Part shown: positions 12,535 to 24,800 of the stretch, one piece after another
Position numbering within the stretch: the first letter of the stretch is position 1
How the letters are laid out: each line of letters starts with the position of its first letter
NCBI RefSeq assembly: GCF_006345805.1
Contig: NC_042998.1
Span: 137,330,001-137,394,000 of the forward strand
From: Octopus sinensis
Taxonomy: Eukaryota
Direction: 5' to 3'
Length of the DNA stretch: 64,000 nt
Notes under the pieces: generated by a model
The model's input: only the letters and a program-made list of their open reading frames with translations
Database searches by the model: none
Told to the model about the DNA's origin: nothing
Position numbers and translations under genes: made by a program

Positions 12535-12815
12535 CAAACAAAATTGCATGTATTAAGACCTATGGGTCAAAAGAATACTGGTGGGGTATCAAAATTTAAA
12601 TAGTTACCAAGTTAAAACACAGCTGGTCAGATATTGTTGTGTGGGATCACAAAGAAAAAATATGTTCAGTTTTGGATATCAGTTGTCCCCTGGACACAAA
12701 TGGGATTAGATAAATACAAAATAAAAAAGAAAGAGAACATCAATGGACCATTGATAAGGAGTTTGCAAATCTAGTACTCAAGATACACTTTCAGCTTCAT
12801 ACCCATTACCACTGA
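12535..12815 (+). pseudogene. Second, diverged R4/Dong-like RLE fragment
   Basis: KEYWWGIKI..SDIVVWDHKEKICSVLDISCPLDTN..GPLIRSLQI*YSRYTFSFIPI. Confidence 0.65.
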
Positions 12816-12914
12816 TGAGAAACAATCAAATTAATTTGTTAAATGCCTTTACTGGACATATGCATAATACATATATATATATATATATTATATATTATAT
12901 ATATATAATATATA

Positions 12915-12970
<56 letters not shown>

Positions 12971-13129
12971 GTTGTATACTGTCAACTCAACTTGACAGTC
13001 CTGTAAGGGAATTACACCACTGCCATTTAGCCCTAGGAAACATCGATGTTTCCTGTCGGCTTTGACACATTTTCTGTGTCCTTATATTTGCAAAGGGGAG
13101 GCAATCACCCCCGCCAGCTGGGACTAGCA

Positions 13130-13175
13130 CCTAAAGACATATGTTTCTGAGTGTATTGCTCGTCATCAGTCCAGG
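13130..13175 (-). ncRNA. Minimal type I hammerhead ribozyme in a Penelope pseudo-LTR remnant
   Basis: cctgga CUGAUGA c-gag-caataca-ctc-a GAA acatatgu C tttagg. Intact core, palindromic stem III, GUC triplet, stem I with two G-U pairs. Folded by eye. Confidence 0.6.
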
Positions 13176-13579
13176 GTAGTAAGTCTTGCTATATATATAT
13201 ATATTATCTAAAATGTATAGTATTATATATCCATCATGGCTGGTCTTACCAATTGGTTTCGCTAGGAATACAATGGAGTGTTAGGCAACAATCAATTAAA
13301 TAACCCTATACTTATTAGAGTTAGCCAATATCAAAAGGAATATGGGGACTGCTCTCTCTTGTCAGAGGTGAATGGACACATTCAGTTTGTGGTTGCTGTA
13401 AAAAAGATGGTGAAATGAAAATGAGCAGGGGACTAGGTTAGGAGTCATGACCCTTGGTTAGATTCACTGTAAAGCTATTAAGAGTTATCTTGTAGTGTTT
13501 GTGGGAAATGTGTACATTATTAAGTGTGGTGCTTCTGTAGGAATGTAATTTGTGGTGTGTAATGGTTTCATATGTATAA

Positions 13580-14050
13580 TTTTTTCCAGAGGTGCAGGTA
13601 TATATAATTGTGTTCATTAGTCTGTTTTCTTTCTGTATTGGCTAAGGTCATGAGAGCTTTATGTTAGAGTGCAGTGTGTGTAGGGTACAATGTATGTGTA
13701 TGGGTATATGTTGGGAGTGGTGGAAGACAATCTGTTTGATAGGTGTCTGCTTTGTTGGGGCATGCTTGTATGTATGTGGGTGCATTGGTGTCTGCTCTGG
13801 TCAAACTCTTTGCTGGGCTCAAGTGTATTGGTGGAATGCTGAGGTTGGGGTATTGGTGGTTGTAGTCATGATGGGGCACACAGATATGATAGAGTGTACT
13901 TCCTTTCATGTGGGCAAAGATCAAGCACTTCACTTCTGCTATTCAGGTAAATATCTAAGCACCGGGTACCCTTTAAAATTGCTCTCTTCTCAGCCAGGCA
14001 CAACCTGCACTTCCTGTTGCTATTGAAGTATGGTTTACATTTCTCCAGAA
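13580..14050 (-). mobile_element. Penelope-like element 3' fragment (GIY-YIG C-terminus plus pLTR), Naiad-like tail
   Basis: WKFLEKCKPYFNSNRKCRLCLAEKRAIL..LNSRSEVLDLCPHERKY (CxxC..LN..CxH tail). Confidence 0.7.
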
Positions 14051-14671
14051 ACTTCCACATTTGTTCAACTAAAACTCTTCAAGGTGATGCCACAGTATGG
14101 CCACAGATCAATGACTAAAACAAGTGAAAGATAAAAGATAGAGTTCAAAAATATTAGCACTTCTCATGCCTTCTCACTTTTTCACAATAAATTAGTTCAT
14201 ATTATTTTATTGTTCCATAAATTTTGGGCCAAGTGAATAAAATTTTCCAGTGAAATATGATCTGTATAAACAGATGGTTGAAATCAATTAATTACTAATT
14301 ATTTTGCAAATAACTTTTTAAACCTATATATGTTTATATGTGTATAAACCTAGAATTACAAACAAAAGAGGTCTTCAACAGCTGTTTCATGGATTAAAGG
14401 CTAGAAAAGTGAAAACGGAAGATAGGCTTTGGTGTGATAAAGTATTGGGGAACAGATAAATGTTATTTTATCATCATTGTCATCATGATTGATATCATCA
14501 TCATAACCAACATCATCATCATCATCATCATTATTATCATTGTGAAATTGATTGACATGCTTCCCAGTTGCACTTTTCAAGTTCAGTCTTTTCTACTAAA
14601 GCCACCAGGTGCCAACCAAAACTTTATGAGTGTATCTGGTAGATGGAAACTGCCGGAAGAAGCCTGTCAAT

Positions 14672-14723
<52 letters not shown>

Positions 14724-14735
14724 TATATATATATA

Positions 14736-15149
14736 CTCTTACTCTTTTACTCTTTTACTTGTTTCAGTCATTTGACTGCGGCCATGCTGGAGCACCGCCT
14801 TTAGTCAAGCAAATCGACCCCGGGACTTATTCTTTGTAAGCCCAGTACTTATTCTATCGGTCTCTTTTGCCAAACCGCTAAGTGACGGGGACCTAAACAC
14901 ACCAGCATCGGCTGTCAAGCAATGCTAAGGGGACAAACACAGATACACAAACAAACACACACATACATATATATATACATATATACGACAGGCTTCTTTC
15001 AGTTTCCATCTACCAAATCCACTCACAAGGCATTGGTCAGCCCGGGGCTATAGCAGAAGACACTTGCCCAAGATGCCACGCAGTGGGACTGAACCCGGAA
15101 CCATGTGGCTGGTTAGCAAGCTACTTACCACACAGCCACTCCTGCGCCT
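14736..15149 (-). mobile_element. tRNA-derived SINE with internal microsatellite (S2 head + S3 tail)
   Basis: Minus: aggcgcaggagtggctgtgtggtaagtag..ggttcagtccc..(TA/TG)n..cagtcaaatgactgaaac(aagtaaaagag)n. Full or partial copies at 27236-27679, 30841-31070, 31139-31570, 33232-33615 (all -) and 39246-39640, 48150-48585 (+). Heads only at 8320-8550, 19235-19380, 22610-22750, 28670-28825, 29100-29230, 57630-57780. Confidence 0.85.
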
Positions 15150-15174
15150 ATATATATTTATTTTATAGAAGGAG

Positions 15175-15221
15175 CTTCTACAGGACTAGAACTGTTTCAT
15201 TCAGATGAAATCTTCAGGAAG
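15175..15221 (-). ncRNA. Type I hammerhead ribozyme at the 3' terminus of a Penelope pLTR fragment
   Basis: cttc CUGAAGA t-ttca-tc-tgaa-t GAA acag-ttctagtc-ctgu A gaag, followed by AATAAA. Same motif as at 59690-59820. Confidence 0.65.
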
Positions 15222-15687
15222 TGGCTGTCAAAATAAGGTCTGGTATTTATACATTTAGGCAGATTAATGGGGTGTGGTGGGGGACGTTTTTTTGGGTAAG
15301 TTGGTATTTAGGAGATAAATAGGGCACGGCTATTGTTCTTAGGGGGAGTGGTCAAAAGGCCAGAGAGTTTTTGAAATGAGAAGAATCAGTGAGAAGTAAA
15401 TAATGAATAATATAAAGAATAATTGAATAGAATCAGATATATGGGGTAGGGTTTTAGGTAAATTAGAAGACAATTGCTTTTTGGTGGTCAAGAGGAGGTA
15501 TTCAGTTTGTTATTGTTAAGTGGAGGGAAGAAGTAGATAAATATACATGAAAAGACATATAAAATAAATATACATACAAACACACATACATACACATGCG
15601 AATATACATATATATACATACATACGCACATGTATATACATACAAACACACACACACATACATACAAATACACATACACACACACAC

Positions 15688-15718
<31 letters not shown>

Positions 15719-16566
15719 CACATATACATATACATATACATACATACACGCACACACACGCACATATATATATACACATACACATATACCCATATATATA
15801 CACACACATATATATTTTTTTCCTCTCATCTTCCTCCCTTATTTTTATTTTTATTTTTATTTTTATTTCCCTTTTCTCTATTTGTCTCTCTCCCTACTCC
15901 AATCACACAGACACACACACAACACACACACACAAATACACACGGACACACAGAGACACACACACCTCCAAAAACAATCATACAAAGTAGAAGAGTTCTT
16001 AGACCCAAATGGCATTTGAACCCATCCTCATAAATCTAAAAGGTGTAATTTATGGCCTGCCTACTCACCAACACACATTCAGTGACACTAGAATAGACAA
16101 AAGCTAAAATTTTTAGAACTCCCTTGGGGGTCCAGCAGGCCAAAGGAAATCCTTCTTCTACTCCCTTCTCTCTTCCCCTCTTTCTCTTTAGCCTCAGATA
16201 CAAACGCACACACACACACACACACACTCACACACATACACACATTTCCTCCTCATCCACTTCACCCTCTTGTGCTGTCTTGTTCCTCCCCACCACTATG
16301 AAACTCTATAAGGAATTATTTTGATTTGAAAACCCCACTAGAATGGGAGAAAGCGCTAATGATCTGAATGATATGATATATATATGTAAAAAATGTAATA
16401 TATAAAAATGAATATTTGTAAATATGAACCATCCGATCTTCTGATTACCTCATTTTTTCTAATATATAATACCTGTACATCATCTCCAAGCCTTCCAATA
16501 CATACATATATATATATATAGCAATAATAATTCTCTAAATGAGATATAGACAGTAACTGCTCCATA

Positions 16567-16798
16567 ACATAAGGGACTAAAGTCATCTGAATATAGCTAG
16601 GGACAGGGCAGGGTGGTGGGGTGTTACTGTTGCATTTAGCCCCAGGCGAACATCAACGTCGCCAGATAGGCTTGACACCATCACGGCGTCCTCTATCCTG
16701 CAAAGGGAGATAATTCCCCGATGCTTCATCGGGGAATTAACACCCCCACCACCCTGCCCTGTCCCTAGCCATATTCAGATGGCTTTAGTCCCTTATGT
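16567..16798. repeat. Fold-back element: about 60-bp inverted arms plus an inner 13-bp perfect hairpin
   Basis: Arms 16567-16626 and 16738-16798. Inner taattccccgatg-ctt-catcggggaatta (16711-16739). Spacer resembles 13020-13110. Confidence 0.85.
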
Positions 16799-17271
16799 GT
16801 TTTATATATATATATATATATATATACACATACATATACATCCATATATACATATATACACATACAAATACACATATGCATACATACATAAATGTACCCA
16901 CATTCATATAAACATATATATAACTATGCATATATAAACACATATATAAATATACTTCTGTAAACATAAACACACACATAAATATATGCATGCATATATA
17001 AACATACACATATATATATACATACACATATATATATATATACATAAATACATACATGCATACATATATATACATATACACATATACATACATACATACA
17101 CACATATCGATATACACTCATGCACACATATATATATACATACATAAACATATACATATGCATATACATACATATAAATATATACTCGTGTACACGCACA
17201 CATATACATAAATACATACCACACATACAAACATATGCACATATACATTACCATATACACAACACACATAC

Positions 17272-17299
<28 letters not shown>

Positions 17300-17309
<10 letters not shown>

Positions 17310-17685
17310 TAACGGCAGTTTGTGTGTGCGTAGTTTCTGTGTGTCTGTTTGCTTGTACCCTCACACCTGACCACGGCTTTCAACCGATTCTGATTGAAAC
17401 TTGACACACCATAGCCAATGTCATAATTCAAAACTAACGTAGCGAAAATTTTGAAAAGTCCCCCAGTCTCTGAAAAAAATCGATAAATTCGACCATGGGG
17501 TCGAAATCAGACAGAACCACAAACCACAGATGTCTAGGGGACGCAACTCGACCTTTTTTAACTCAAAAAAAATTTCCCATAATTTTTTTTCCATTTTTTG
17601 CTTGCTATTTTTGGCTATAACTCTCTAAAAATGCTTTATAGGTATATTCCCTTACAAACTGAGCAACGCCGGGCGATACTGCTAG
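17300..17685 (+). mobile_element. Non-autonomous Helitron sharing its 3' terminus with the 565-1583 pair
   Basis: Ends ctctctaaaaatgc..cccttacaaactgagcaacgccgggcgatactgCTAG|T. Body differs; the 5' TC is lost in a TA run. Confidence 0.75.
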
Positions 17686-17829
17686 TACACATATATATAC
17701 ATATACCAAACATGCACACAATACATATACACCAAGTATAACACGTATACACCCCTACAATACATAGGTACATATATAATATCCACACACACACCATACA
17801 TTTACATATATGCACTTATATATATGTGC

Positions 17830-18905
17830 ACACACACACATGCACACATCTGTACACATGTATATAGTCTTAGGAGAGAAGGTAATTGGGGTGATGAAGG
17901 AACGGTGGGGGTGGGGGTTTTGTGGGGTGGGGTGTCGTCAATCGGGTTGCCGGGTGGGTCTGTAATTTTTGTAGTTTGCATAGATTTTGTGCATACAGTT
18001 TGGGGAGTGTTCCGAGATCTTGTTGAGGAGAGGGCCTTTGACGAATAAGATCTCCAAGCTCTCAGAAATGCAAAGGTCACAGCAGGTATGGCCTCCTGTG
18101 TAAGAACGCGCTCTCTGGAGTAGTCTCCACTTGATCTTGAAGGAGATGGAGGTCCTTTTAAGGTGCCAGATATGGGCGGCGAGAGTAGTCTGGTTAGATT
18201 TGTCAGGTCGCCGGAACGAGTGGTGTGTGGGCGTACCAGCGGGTCTTAAAACTATTTGAGGTCATTCCGATGTACGATTTTCTTTATCATCGGGGACATC
18301 CTGCATCGTACATCGCATAGTAGACGAGATCTTTCTGTAGGCAGTTGTTGTTGAGGGGGCAAGTAGTCTTATCAGGGCGTTGCAATTGCTGTCGGATGCT
18401 GGATGGGCGGCTTCGGAAAAAGTGTGGAATTTATTAAGTGTTTTTTGACGTTGTTGGCAGGGTCGTTGGCTAGGCCAATGGGGTGTGGTGGAGTAGGAGA
18501 GTCTAATGGTGTTCTTATTAAGGATTGTATAGTACTTATGTTGGGTGGGGAAGTGTTTTTTTGTAAGAAGTGAAGAAAATTTAGCTACAGGTTGTTGAAA
18601 CTTCACGGTTGAAGGGGGGGGGTTTGTACCAGCTAATGTGTCTTCGCCTATTTTCTGGGTGGGCGTGGGGCTATGCTAATGTAGGTGATCTTATCTTTAA
18701 AGCCACTGCGGGCCAGGGCCTCGTTGTAATAGGGGGGCTGCGGCATAAAGATATCTGGTGGCCAGAGAGGAAGATATCCCAATGGAGACATTTTCACTAG
18801 GTTGTCTAATTATTTTGGGGTGGTTAGAATTATGTCTATGTATCTAAGGGATTCATTTGGTTTATGGTACATCAAGGAAGTTAGCTTTGGTTAAGTTCGA
18901 ATCTA
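17830..18905 (-). mobile_element. Penelope-like element fragment (RT thumb, Cys linker, GIY-YIG), Naiad-like, decayed
   Basis: Frameshift-corrected motifs YYNEALARSGFKDKITY, KKHFPTQHKYYTILNKNTIRLSYS, CNCPDKTTCPLNNNCLQKDLVYYA..YIGMTSNSFKTRW, TTLAAHIWHLK..IKWRLLQRA..CDLCISE..LLN..NCMH. Confidence 0.8.
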
Positions 18906-19173
18906 AGGTAATCCTAAGTTTTTAAAAAAAGTGTAAAGGTTTTTCCCAGGACCATGGATGGGTTCCGGAAAAACCTTTACACTTTTTTTGTGCCACCGGC
19001 ACAGAGACCAGACAAAGCTGGCAACGGCCATGGTCGGATGGTGCTTTTACGTGCCAGCGGCATGGAAGCCAGTCAGGGCAGCGCTGGCTATATATTAAAT
19101 ATATATATATATAATATATATATATATATATAGATATATTATACTATATAGATATATATATATTATATATATA

Positions 19174-19221
<48 letters not shown>

Positions 19222-19883
19222 CACACATAATATGACGGACTTCTTTCAGCTTCCATCTACCGAATCCATCACTCACAAGGCTATAGTTGAAGACACTTGC
19301 CCAGGGCAACGCAGTGGGACTGAACCCGAAACCATGTGGTTGATAAGCAAGTTACTTACCACACACCCACTCCTGCGCCTACACACACACACACATATAC
19401 ATATAAATATATATATATATATATATATACATAAAAAGTTTCTAAGTCCAGACTTTGTGGCTTTAAAGGAAACAGGTTTGTGTAAAAGGACAGAAGTGAA
19501 TTTGTAGAAGGAAGATGGCAAATTGATAAGAAAGAGAGAGAGAAAAAGAAAGCGAAAGAGTGGAAGTGAAAAAAATAAGGAAAGAAAGAAAAGAAAAGAA
19601 TGGCATTATGAGAACAGAAGAGAAAAAGGCACCTTTAGTGCTTCAATATGTTCAAGCCCTGGGGCACAAAAATATGAGGCAGGAGGAAGAAGGGAGGGTT
19701 AGAGAGAAGTGAAGAATACAGTGTCTTTCAAAATAATTTGTTATATTTGCTATATGTGTGAGTATATATATATATATGTGTATGTGTGTGTGTGAGAAAA
19801 AATATAAAAAATACATATAAAATATATGTATATAAATATTTTTAAATATTTTAAAATTTTATAAATATAAAAAAAATATATGA

Positions 19884-20330
19884 ATCATCATCATCATCAT
19901 TGTTCAACCATGGTCGAGACAATGGAATTTACCATACTACGCCAGACTTCACGGTCCATCATAGCATTATAGAGGTCCTGTTGCTGGATGCCTGTATCCC
20001 TGGAGATTACATCAGGGTAGGAGAGTGTGCACCCTCTGGTGTTGTGAGTAGATGGCTTCCAGAGGAGAAGAGTAGAAATTGCCTCGTTTTCAGCTCTACA
20101 TCAATGTCCAGCAAACTGGACTCTCCTACCTTTCACAAGAGATGACACAGGTGGTAGTTTCCCATATATTTGCATGTTGGTTGGATGATGCTTCCACAAG
20201 AGATTTTGAGCTCTCATAAGGAGGTCTTTACCTCAATGAGGCCAAGACTGAATATATAAACAAGTGCCTGTCCAACAGTGATTGCATCATCCATACTCTC
20301 AACAATGCACCCTTAAATATGGTTTCTGAT
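19884..20330 (-). mobile_element. RTE-clade LINE 3' end with (GAT)n tail
   Basis: WKHHPTNMQIYGKLPPVSSLVKGRRVQFAGH..LLLWKP..LSYPDVISRDTG..AMMDREVWRSMV. Confidence 0.8.
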
Positions 20331-20489
20331 ATATGAATAATAAATTAATGGAAATTGAACCAGTGAGTGTGTTGGATAATAAGGCATTAAAACAATATGA
20401 CTCTATTCCAGACACAACAAAATTTGCTTCAACATACAAATTCGCATAAAGAATCTTGCAAATCAGATACAAAAATGAAATATATATGT

Positions 20490-20705
20490 TTGTATGTATG
20501 TATGTATGTATGTATGTATGTATGTATGTATGTATGTATGCATGTATGTATGTATGTATGTATGTTTGTATGTATGTATGTATGTATGTATGTATGTATG
20601 TACGTATGTATGTATGTTTGTATGTATGTATGTATGTATGTATGTATGTGTGTGTGTATGTATGTATGTATGTATGTATGTATGTATGTATATATGTATG
20701 TATGT
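20490..20705. repeat. Long (TATG)n microsatellite
   Basis: Direct inspection. Confidence 0.95.
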
Positions 20706-21056
20706 AAATATTAAAACAGAGTTATTATTGAGGGATTATCAATCCAGGCAAAATACTTAATAAGTTCTCTGTTAGTACACCCAGCTAATGATATTGTTTA
20801 GATTAGTAAAGAACTCCATGTGGCATGGTTCGAGACTATAGTTCATCACCATTCTATATTGTAAATCCATGGCTGTGCTCCAGTTATACTGGTTTTTACA
20901 CAGAGTGATATACAAGACAAGGCATAAATAATGGTCATTACATATTTTTTTTTATTGTAATAAATTTGACTCACAGCTGTTTCCAGTATTCATTATAGGT
21001 TCATTATTGATAGGTTTACTCAACTGACCCATTGATCTCTTAGCATTATTGTTCTA

Positions 21057-22272
21057 CGAGGGGAATTCAATAAGTAATGCCCCTGGCCCATTTCCCATAG
21101 CAGTAGAGCAATGAAACTTGGCACAGTTATTATTTTGATGCAGCTCTGGAGACCGTTTTTGTAGAAGACCCCAGCTTGGTCCTCCAACCACGACGTGACT
21201 TCAGAAATCAAGGATGCATCACCTGGGAAATGCTTTCCTTTCTAAAACAACTTCATGGCTGAGAAGAGGTGAAATCAGACGGTGCAAGGTCAGGAGAGTA
21301 GGGGGAGGAGTTCATAGCCGCATGCCTGTGCTTCTGATCTGGCGACACGCAAGTTGTGGACCAGAGCGTTGTCCTGCAGGAGGAGGATGCCTTTGCTGAT
21401 ATTGCCCCGCCTCCTGATTTTGATAGCTTCTCTTAATTTCCTCAAAAGTGAAGCATAATAGGCTCCTGTAATTGTGGTACCCTTTGCCAGGAAATCTGTC
21501 ATCACTACTCCGTCCTGGTCCCAGAAGACTGTGAGCATGACCTTGCCAGTGGAGGGCTGCACTCTTGCCTTCTTTGGAGGAGGTGAGTCACGGTGCTTCC
21601 ACTGCATTGACTGGGCTTTGGTCTCTGGATCATAGTGATGGACCCAGGTTTCATCCTGTGTAATCAGTCTTTTGAAAAATTTTGACTCTTCTTCTTGGCA
21701 CATCTCCAAATTCATCCTCGAGCACTCGACACGTTCTTGCTTCTGGAAAGGTGTGAGCAACCTGGGAATCCATCTGGCAGACACCTTTTGCATATGCAAA
21801 TGGTCATGAATGATAGTTTCCACAGACCCGGCACTAATCTTGACCTCATCGGCTATTTGGCGAATAGTTATGCGTCGATCTTCCAAAATGGCAGCCTCAA
21901 CTTGATGGACAGATGCCTCATCAATGGCAGAAGGGGGGCGACCAGATCTGGGAGCTGTTTCCACAGAGTTCCGACCATGTTTGAATTCACGATGCCAACT
22001 TTTTACAAGGTCATATGATGGGGCATCATCACCATAAGTTACTTTCATTTCATCAAAAGTCTCCCGTGGTGTGTGTTCTTTCAAATACAAAAACCGGATC
22101 ACTGCTCGACACTCAACAGGCTCCATTTCACACTTGACTCAGTTCATACACCTGTAAATCAGACACCACAATTAGTTCAGAGCTGTAATTTGCCACTTAA
22201 TTTATAGAGATATAAATAATTAGATCAAATAACTGCAAGTGGGTCAGAGGCATTACTTATTGACGTCCCTCG
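21057..22272 (-). mobile_element. Mariner (DD34D) DNA transposon with TIRs and TA duplication
   Basis: TA|cgaggggaattcaataagtaatgcc..ggcattacttattgacgtccctcg|TA, 1216 bp. Confidence 0.95.
21290..22126 (-). pseudogene. Mariner transposase, frameshifted near the YSPDL motif and C-terminally deleted
   Basis: HTH domains, WIPRLL (WVPHEL-like), ITQDETWVHHYDPE, LLQDNA, then PPYSPDLAPSDF in another frame. Confidence 0.9.
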
Positions 22273-22553
22273 TATGTTGTTCAATTTTTCCCTATTATTT
22301 GATGGACAGATTGAATAATCCTACCAATAATGAACCTATAATGATTACTGGAAACAGCTGTAAGTCAAATTTATAACAATAAAGAAAAATATGTAATGAC
22401 CATTGTTAATGCCTTGTTGATATGTATGTACACTATACACTATACACACACGTACATGCACATATACATGGGGCAAGGCCCTTTATGGATGTGAAACCAT
22501 TGGTCACTCTTTGACTGGACATATACTTAGCTGCATAGAAATGTGTGTGTGTA

Positions 22554-22590
<37 letters not shown>

Positions 22591-22773
22591 ATTATGTGCT
22601 ATTAGGCACAGCTTAGCTGTGTGGTAAAAAGTTTGCATCCCAACCGCATGGTTCTGGGCACAGTCCCACTGCATGGCACCTTGAGCAAGCGTCTTCCACT
22701 ATAGCCTCAGATTGACCAAAGCCATGTGAGTGGATTTCAGACATGGAAACATATATACGTGTGTGTGTGTGTA

Positions 22774-22804
<31 letters not shown>

Positions 22805-23234
22805 TGTGTGTGTGTGGTGTGTGTGTGTGTGCATGTGTGTATGTGTCTGTGTGTGTGTATGTTTCAGTTTGTGTGCCACCATTTGATATCTAGTGCCACC
22901 ATTTGATATCTAGGGCATCCAGCTGTAGAAACACTGCCAGATCAGATTGGGGCCTGGCGCAGCCTCATGGTTTCCCAGACCCCAGTTGAACCGTCCAACC
23001 CATGCTAGCATGGAAAACGGACGTTAAACGATGATGATGATGATGATGATGTTGGTTTACAGTTCTATATTTAAGAGATGAGGAATTATGTACATTATCT
23101 ACATTATTTACATTATTTACATTTGGCGGATATTTGTCCTCATCTTGTTGCTAACACGTTTTGGCTGATATACTCTCCAGCCTTCTTCAGGTGTTTTCAG
23201 GAAATTTTAAACCTGGGTTCTCATTCTTAAGGTA

Positions 23235-23370
23235 TTTGTTGTTGTTGTTGTTGTGTTGTTGTTGTTGTTGCTGCTGCTGCTGCTGTTGTTGTTGTTGTTG
23301 TTGTTTGTTGTTGTTGTTGTGGTGGTGGTGGTGGTGGTGTGGTGGTGGTGGTGTTGTTGTTGTTGTGCTG
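23235..23370. repeat. Compound (GTT)/(GCT)/(GGT) trinucleotide repeat interrupting an older repeat
   Basis: Direct inspection. Confidence 0.9.
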
Positions 23371-23919
23371 GTGATAAAAACAAGGTGTGTGGAACCAGAA
23401 AATGACGGCAAGAACAAACAGCCTGAAAAAATACAATTGCTGCAACTACTTATGGAAGGGACACTAAAAAAACTTTAACAGGGAGGTCTCTACATGGTTA
23501 TTCAATTTCTCTGGAAATAGCAGTCAAATTTCCTTCAACTCAGACTCTGGCATCTTAAATATAGATTATGTACCCCTGGGTATATTACACAAGATAATGG
23601 ATATATATATACTAGATAAATACTGAAATAGATAGACACTAGATAAATACAGGATAATATAACTTCCTAAAAAATTTAAATGGTTGTAGCTGAAATAGCT
23701 TTAGACATTGGCTTGCTTTTTCAGGCTTGCCCTGGAATTAAACAACAACAATAGCAATAACTTCACACCTGTTGCAGTAAGCAGAACAACAGTATCAAAA
23801 CATCGATTACAACAGTAACACCAACAACATTGGTGATTAGGTGATAGATGTTAACAGCATGTTACACTAGTAGAATTAATGTCACAGCTGACACTGTATT
23901 TATTACCTACAATTAAGCC

Positions 23920-24747
23920 TCCACCACTGCCACCACCATCCCCCCCCCCCCGGGCACCAATACCACCAACACTGCCATCACTGTCATGACCATCAGCAGC
24001 GAAACTGACAACACCTTTACTGATATAACTACTACCACCAACACAATCCTAATCGCGACCACCTCCACCACCACCACCACTACCACCACTGCCACCAACA
24101 CCACCACTGCCGCTGCAGCTGCTGCCACAATCATTGCCACCGCTGCCACCACCAACACCACCACTATCGCCACCACTGCTACCTTCGTCACCACCACTGC
24201 CTCTAACATAAATAACAAAGATACCACCATTAGCATTATCATCTCTGGCACGACTACCACCACCAACTCCACCATCGCCACTGCCAACAACATCTCTGGC
24301 AACACCATAACACAACAACCACCAACAACACCACTGCTACTACTACCACCACTTCTATTATTATCAACGCTAGCAACACCAGCACTATCAACACTGAAGC
24401 AGCCACTAATCAACACCACCACTACTAACACTACTAACTCCATCACAACTGACACCAATACCACCACTACCACTAACCAACTTCAATCAGTACTAACAGA
24501 TCTGTATTTACCAACCACTACCAATGCCATTAACACCTCAGCTGTCATGTCTTCGTTTGCCATGTACAGTGGTGTAACAACAACTACAACAATAACCACT
24601 GTACTACAGTATAAACATCACCATCACCATTATCATCACTGCCACCACTACCATCACCACTGCCACCACCATCACCACCGCCACCATCACCATCACTATC
24701 ACCACCATCATCATCATCATTCCATCACCACCATCACCACCACCACC

Positions 24748-24800
<53 letters not shown>

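Noticed and set aside
14360-14400. Possible 41-nt exon PLIHETAVEDLFC, in phase with 9404-9448
   Set aside because: Contains GAAACAGCTGTT, a decayed Penelope hammerhead stem, so more likely a repeat remnant; donor context is weak.
15488-17431. Numerous ORFs of YI/CV/HT dipeptides (also near 3.7, 11.5, 20.5, 35.6, 42.2 and 59.9 kb)
   Set aside because: Translations of TA/CA/TATG microsatellites, which lack stop codons in some frames.
17907-17932. G-quadruplex-capable G5-G5-G4-G4 run
   Set aside because: Lies in a decayed TE terminal region; no evidence of function.
22873-22912. Exact 20-bp tandem duplication
   Set aside because: Sits at the 5' junction of a truncated RTE tail inside a SINE; ordinary integration scar.
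23150-23200. Hammerhead-like CTGAAGA-aggctg..cagcc-AAAAC on the minus strand
   Set aside because: G12 mutated and the NUH triplet lost; decayed copy.
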